28,297 nucleotides of DNA, taken from Promethearchaeota archaeon (GTDB lineage Archaea; Asgardarchaeota; Lokiarchaeia; Sigyniarchaeales; SOKP01). The stretch spans positions 1-28,297 of the forward strand of contig JAEOTA010000063.1 of the NCBI GenBank assembly GCA_016840085.1, in the 5' to 3' direction. The stretch's first letter is position 1, and every line of letters begins with the position of its first letter. This document shows, one piece after another, positions 26,726 through 28,297 of this stretch. The notes below the pieces were generated by a model. That model worked only from the letters and a program-made list of their open reading frames with translations. It ran no database searches and was not told where the DNA came from. Both the position numbers and the translations under genes were made by a program.

Positions 26726-27387
26726 TTATCTTAATGAGGTTATGTGGTTTTCTCTTTCTGTTTATAATAATTACAAACATTGCAAGTAATATTTTTGGTT
26801 ATAAAACATTCGGTGATTGGGACTCAGACGCTCAACTACAAAAGATTAAAAATGATCCAATAAAATTTAAAATAAGCGTAGTATTAATTCTCATAGAGCA
26901 CCTTAGCATAATTTCTCTTGCTGTAACGTTGTTTATTACTTTTAGTCCATATAACATAATACTTGGAATTGTCTGGTGTATCTTTCGAATAGGAGAAGCC
27001 TTGATCCAAATTTATGATAAAAATAACTATTGGGGACTTCTTAATATAGCAAAACAATACTCAGATACTAGTGGTGTTGAAAAAGATGTGTTAATTGATT
27101 TAGGTCGTAGCATTCTCAAAACAAAAGAGTTTAGATTCGTATTTGCACAGATATTATTCTCCATTGGTACGCTCGCATATTCAACCCTGTTTGTTACCTA
27201 TGGAGTTGTACCAACAATTATCGGATGGTTTGGAATTATTGCCAGCATCCTCTATGGCTTCGGTAACGGGATATTCCTTATAAAACCTAACTTTAAAGTC
27301 CTGTGGAGCATCGGGGGTCTGTTAATTTTTCTTTTTGAAGTAGTCTTGGGAGGATGGCTATTGTTGTATTCAGTCGTCATCCCATAG
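26722..27387 (+). CDS. DUF4386-like membrane protein
   Basis: Six TMs; [45 protein letters not shown]. Confidence 0.7.
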   Translation: MIILMRLCGFLFLFIIITNIASNIFGYKTFGDWDSDAQLQKIKNDPIKFKISVVLILIEHLSIISLAVTLFITFSPYNIILGIVWCIFRIGEALIQIYDKNNYWGLLNIAKQYSDTSGVEKDVLIDLGRSILKTKEFRFVFAQILFSIGTLAYSTLFVTYGVVPTIIGWFGIIASILYGFGNGIFLIKPNFKVLWSIGGLLIFLFEVVLGGWLLLYSVVIP

Positions 27388-27449
27388 CTAATATTTTTCA
27401 ATTCTTAATGATTAGTAACTCACAATATAAAACTAAAATGGTGAAAAAA

Positions 27450-28297
27450 ATGGAAAATAATAGTAAAAAAATGAAAGCAATTGTATATGAGAGATACGGT
27501 CCTCCTGAAGTCTTGAAGATGAAAGAGGTAGAAGAACCCATTCCCAAGGACAATGAGATACTCGTGAAGATTCATGCGACAACAGTAACAAAAGGAGACG
27601 TAACATTTCGAGATGGCTTTAAAAGATTCAATCCCTTGATACGGTTCTTTGCGCGATTGATTTTTGGTCTTAGAGGACCTAAAAAAGTAACCATACTAGG
27701 TCTTGAGTTAGCCGGAGAAGTTGAAGCAGTAGGTAAAGATGTAAAACTATTCAGGAAAGGTGACCCTATTTTCGCTTCTCCTGGTTTTCGTTATGGTGCT
27801 TATGCTGAGTATATATGTCTACCTGAAGAGACTGGTAAAGGAAGATTCCCAAAAGATGGGATGGTGGCACTAAAACCAGCTAATATGACCTTTGAGGAAG
27901 CCGCCCCTGTTGCTGGTGGGGGAATAACAGCATTAGTTGTAATTAGAAAGGCAAACATCCAGAGTGGACAAAAAGTTTTAATCTATGGTGCTTCTGGAAG
28001 TGTAGGTACCTTTTCGGTACAGCTTGCCAAGCACTTTGGGGCAGAAGTTACCGGAGTATGCAGTACAACTAATTTAGAAATGGTGAAATCTCTGGGAGCC
28101 AACAAGGTAATTGATTACACTAAAGAGGATTTTACTCAAAGTGGTGAGCTTTATGACGTTATTTTTGATGCAGTAGACAAGATTCCGGCTTCACAATGTA
28201 AAAAAGCTCTAAAGGAGACAGGAATCTATCTTAACGTTAACAAAGATTCGGGTAATGGAAAGGACTTAAAAAATGAAGATCTAATCTTCCTCAAAGA
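27450..28297 (+). CDS. Second NAD(P)-dependent MDR oxidoreductase, cut by the window end
   Basis: Not in the ORF track because it has no stop in the window. It reads [40 protein letters not shown]...[10 protein letters not shown]...[13 protein letters not shown]...IDYTKEDF. Confidence 0.92.
   Translation, partial: MENNSKKMKAIVYERYGPPEVLKMKEVEEPIPKDNEILVKIHATTVTKGDVTFRDGFKRFNPLIRFFARLIFGLRGPKKVTILGLELAGEVEAVGKDVKLFRKGDPIFASPGFRYGAYAEYICLPEETGKGRFPKDGMVALKPANMTFEEAAPVAGGGITALVVIRKANIQSGQKVLIYGASGSVGTFSVQLAKHFGAEVTGVCSTTNLEMVKSLGANKVIDYTKEDFTQSGELYDVIFDAVDKIPASQCKKALKETGIYLNVNKDSGNGKDLKNEDLIFLK

Noticed and set aside
1-28297. CRISPR arrays, tRNA/rRNA, transposases, integrases
   Set aside because: No regularly spaced repeats, GC-rich structured RNA segments or recombinase motifs were seen.

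Overview
Very AT-rich archaeal window. The gene content and style (fwd subunits, oligo-T terminators, a vWA+RING-like protein, C-terminally anchored surface proteins) suggest an Asgard archaeon, probably Lokiarchaeia; this assignment is an inference. From left to right it contains: corA; a three-helix coiled-coil protein; three MscS channel genes; a membrane protein gene with an in-frame TGA at codon 8; a HdeD/DUF308 membrane protein; a minus-strand fwdG-F-D-B-C operon lacking fwdA, followed by fdhD; a divergent Rpn10/Ssl1-like vWA + C4HC3 RING-like + Zn-ribbon protein; a compact operon of radical SAM/SPASM enzyme, 86-aa single-TM protein, methyltransferase-TPR and DNRLRE/CBM96-like membrane protein; a RimJ/RimL GNAT with an in-frame TAG; and korAB, whose beta subunit lacks the fourth FeS Cys. 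The right end is a visibly more GC-rich accessory block: an internally duplicated 4-TM protein, an alpha/beta hydrolase, an ABC-2 exporter, a surface protein, a truncated permease, an Lrp/AsnC remnant and an MDR dehydrogenase/DUF6326/DUF4386/MDR array. No rRNA, tRNA, CRISPR array or transposase was recognised. The best candidate for an undescribed system is the radical SAM/SPASM operon at 13228-17016.
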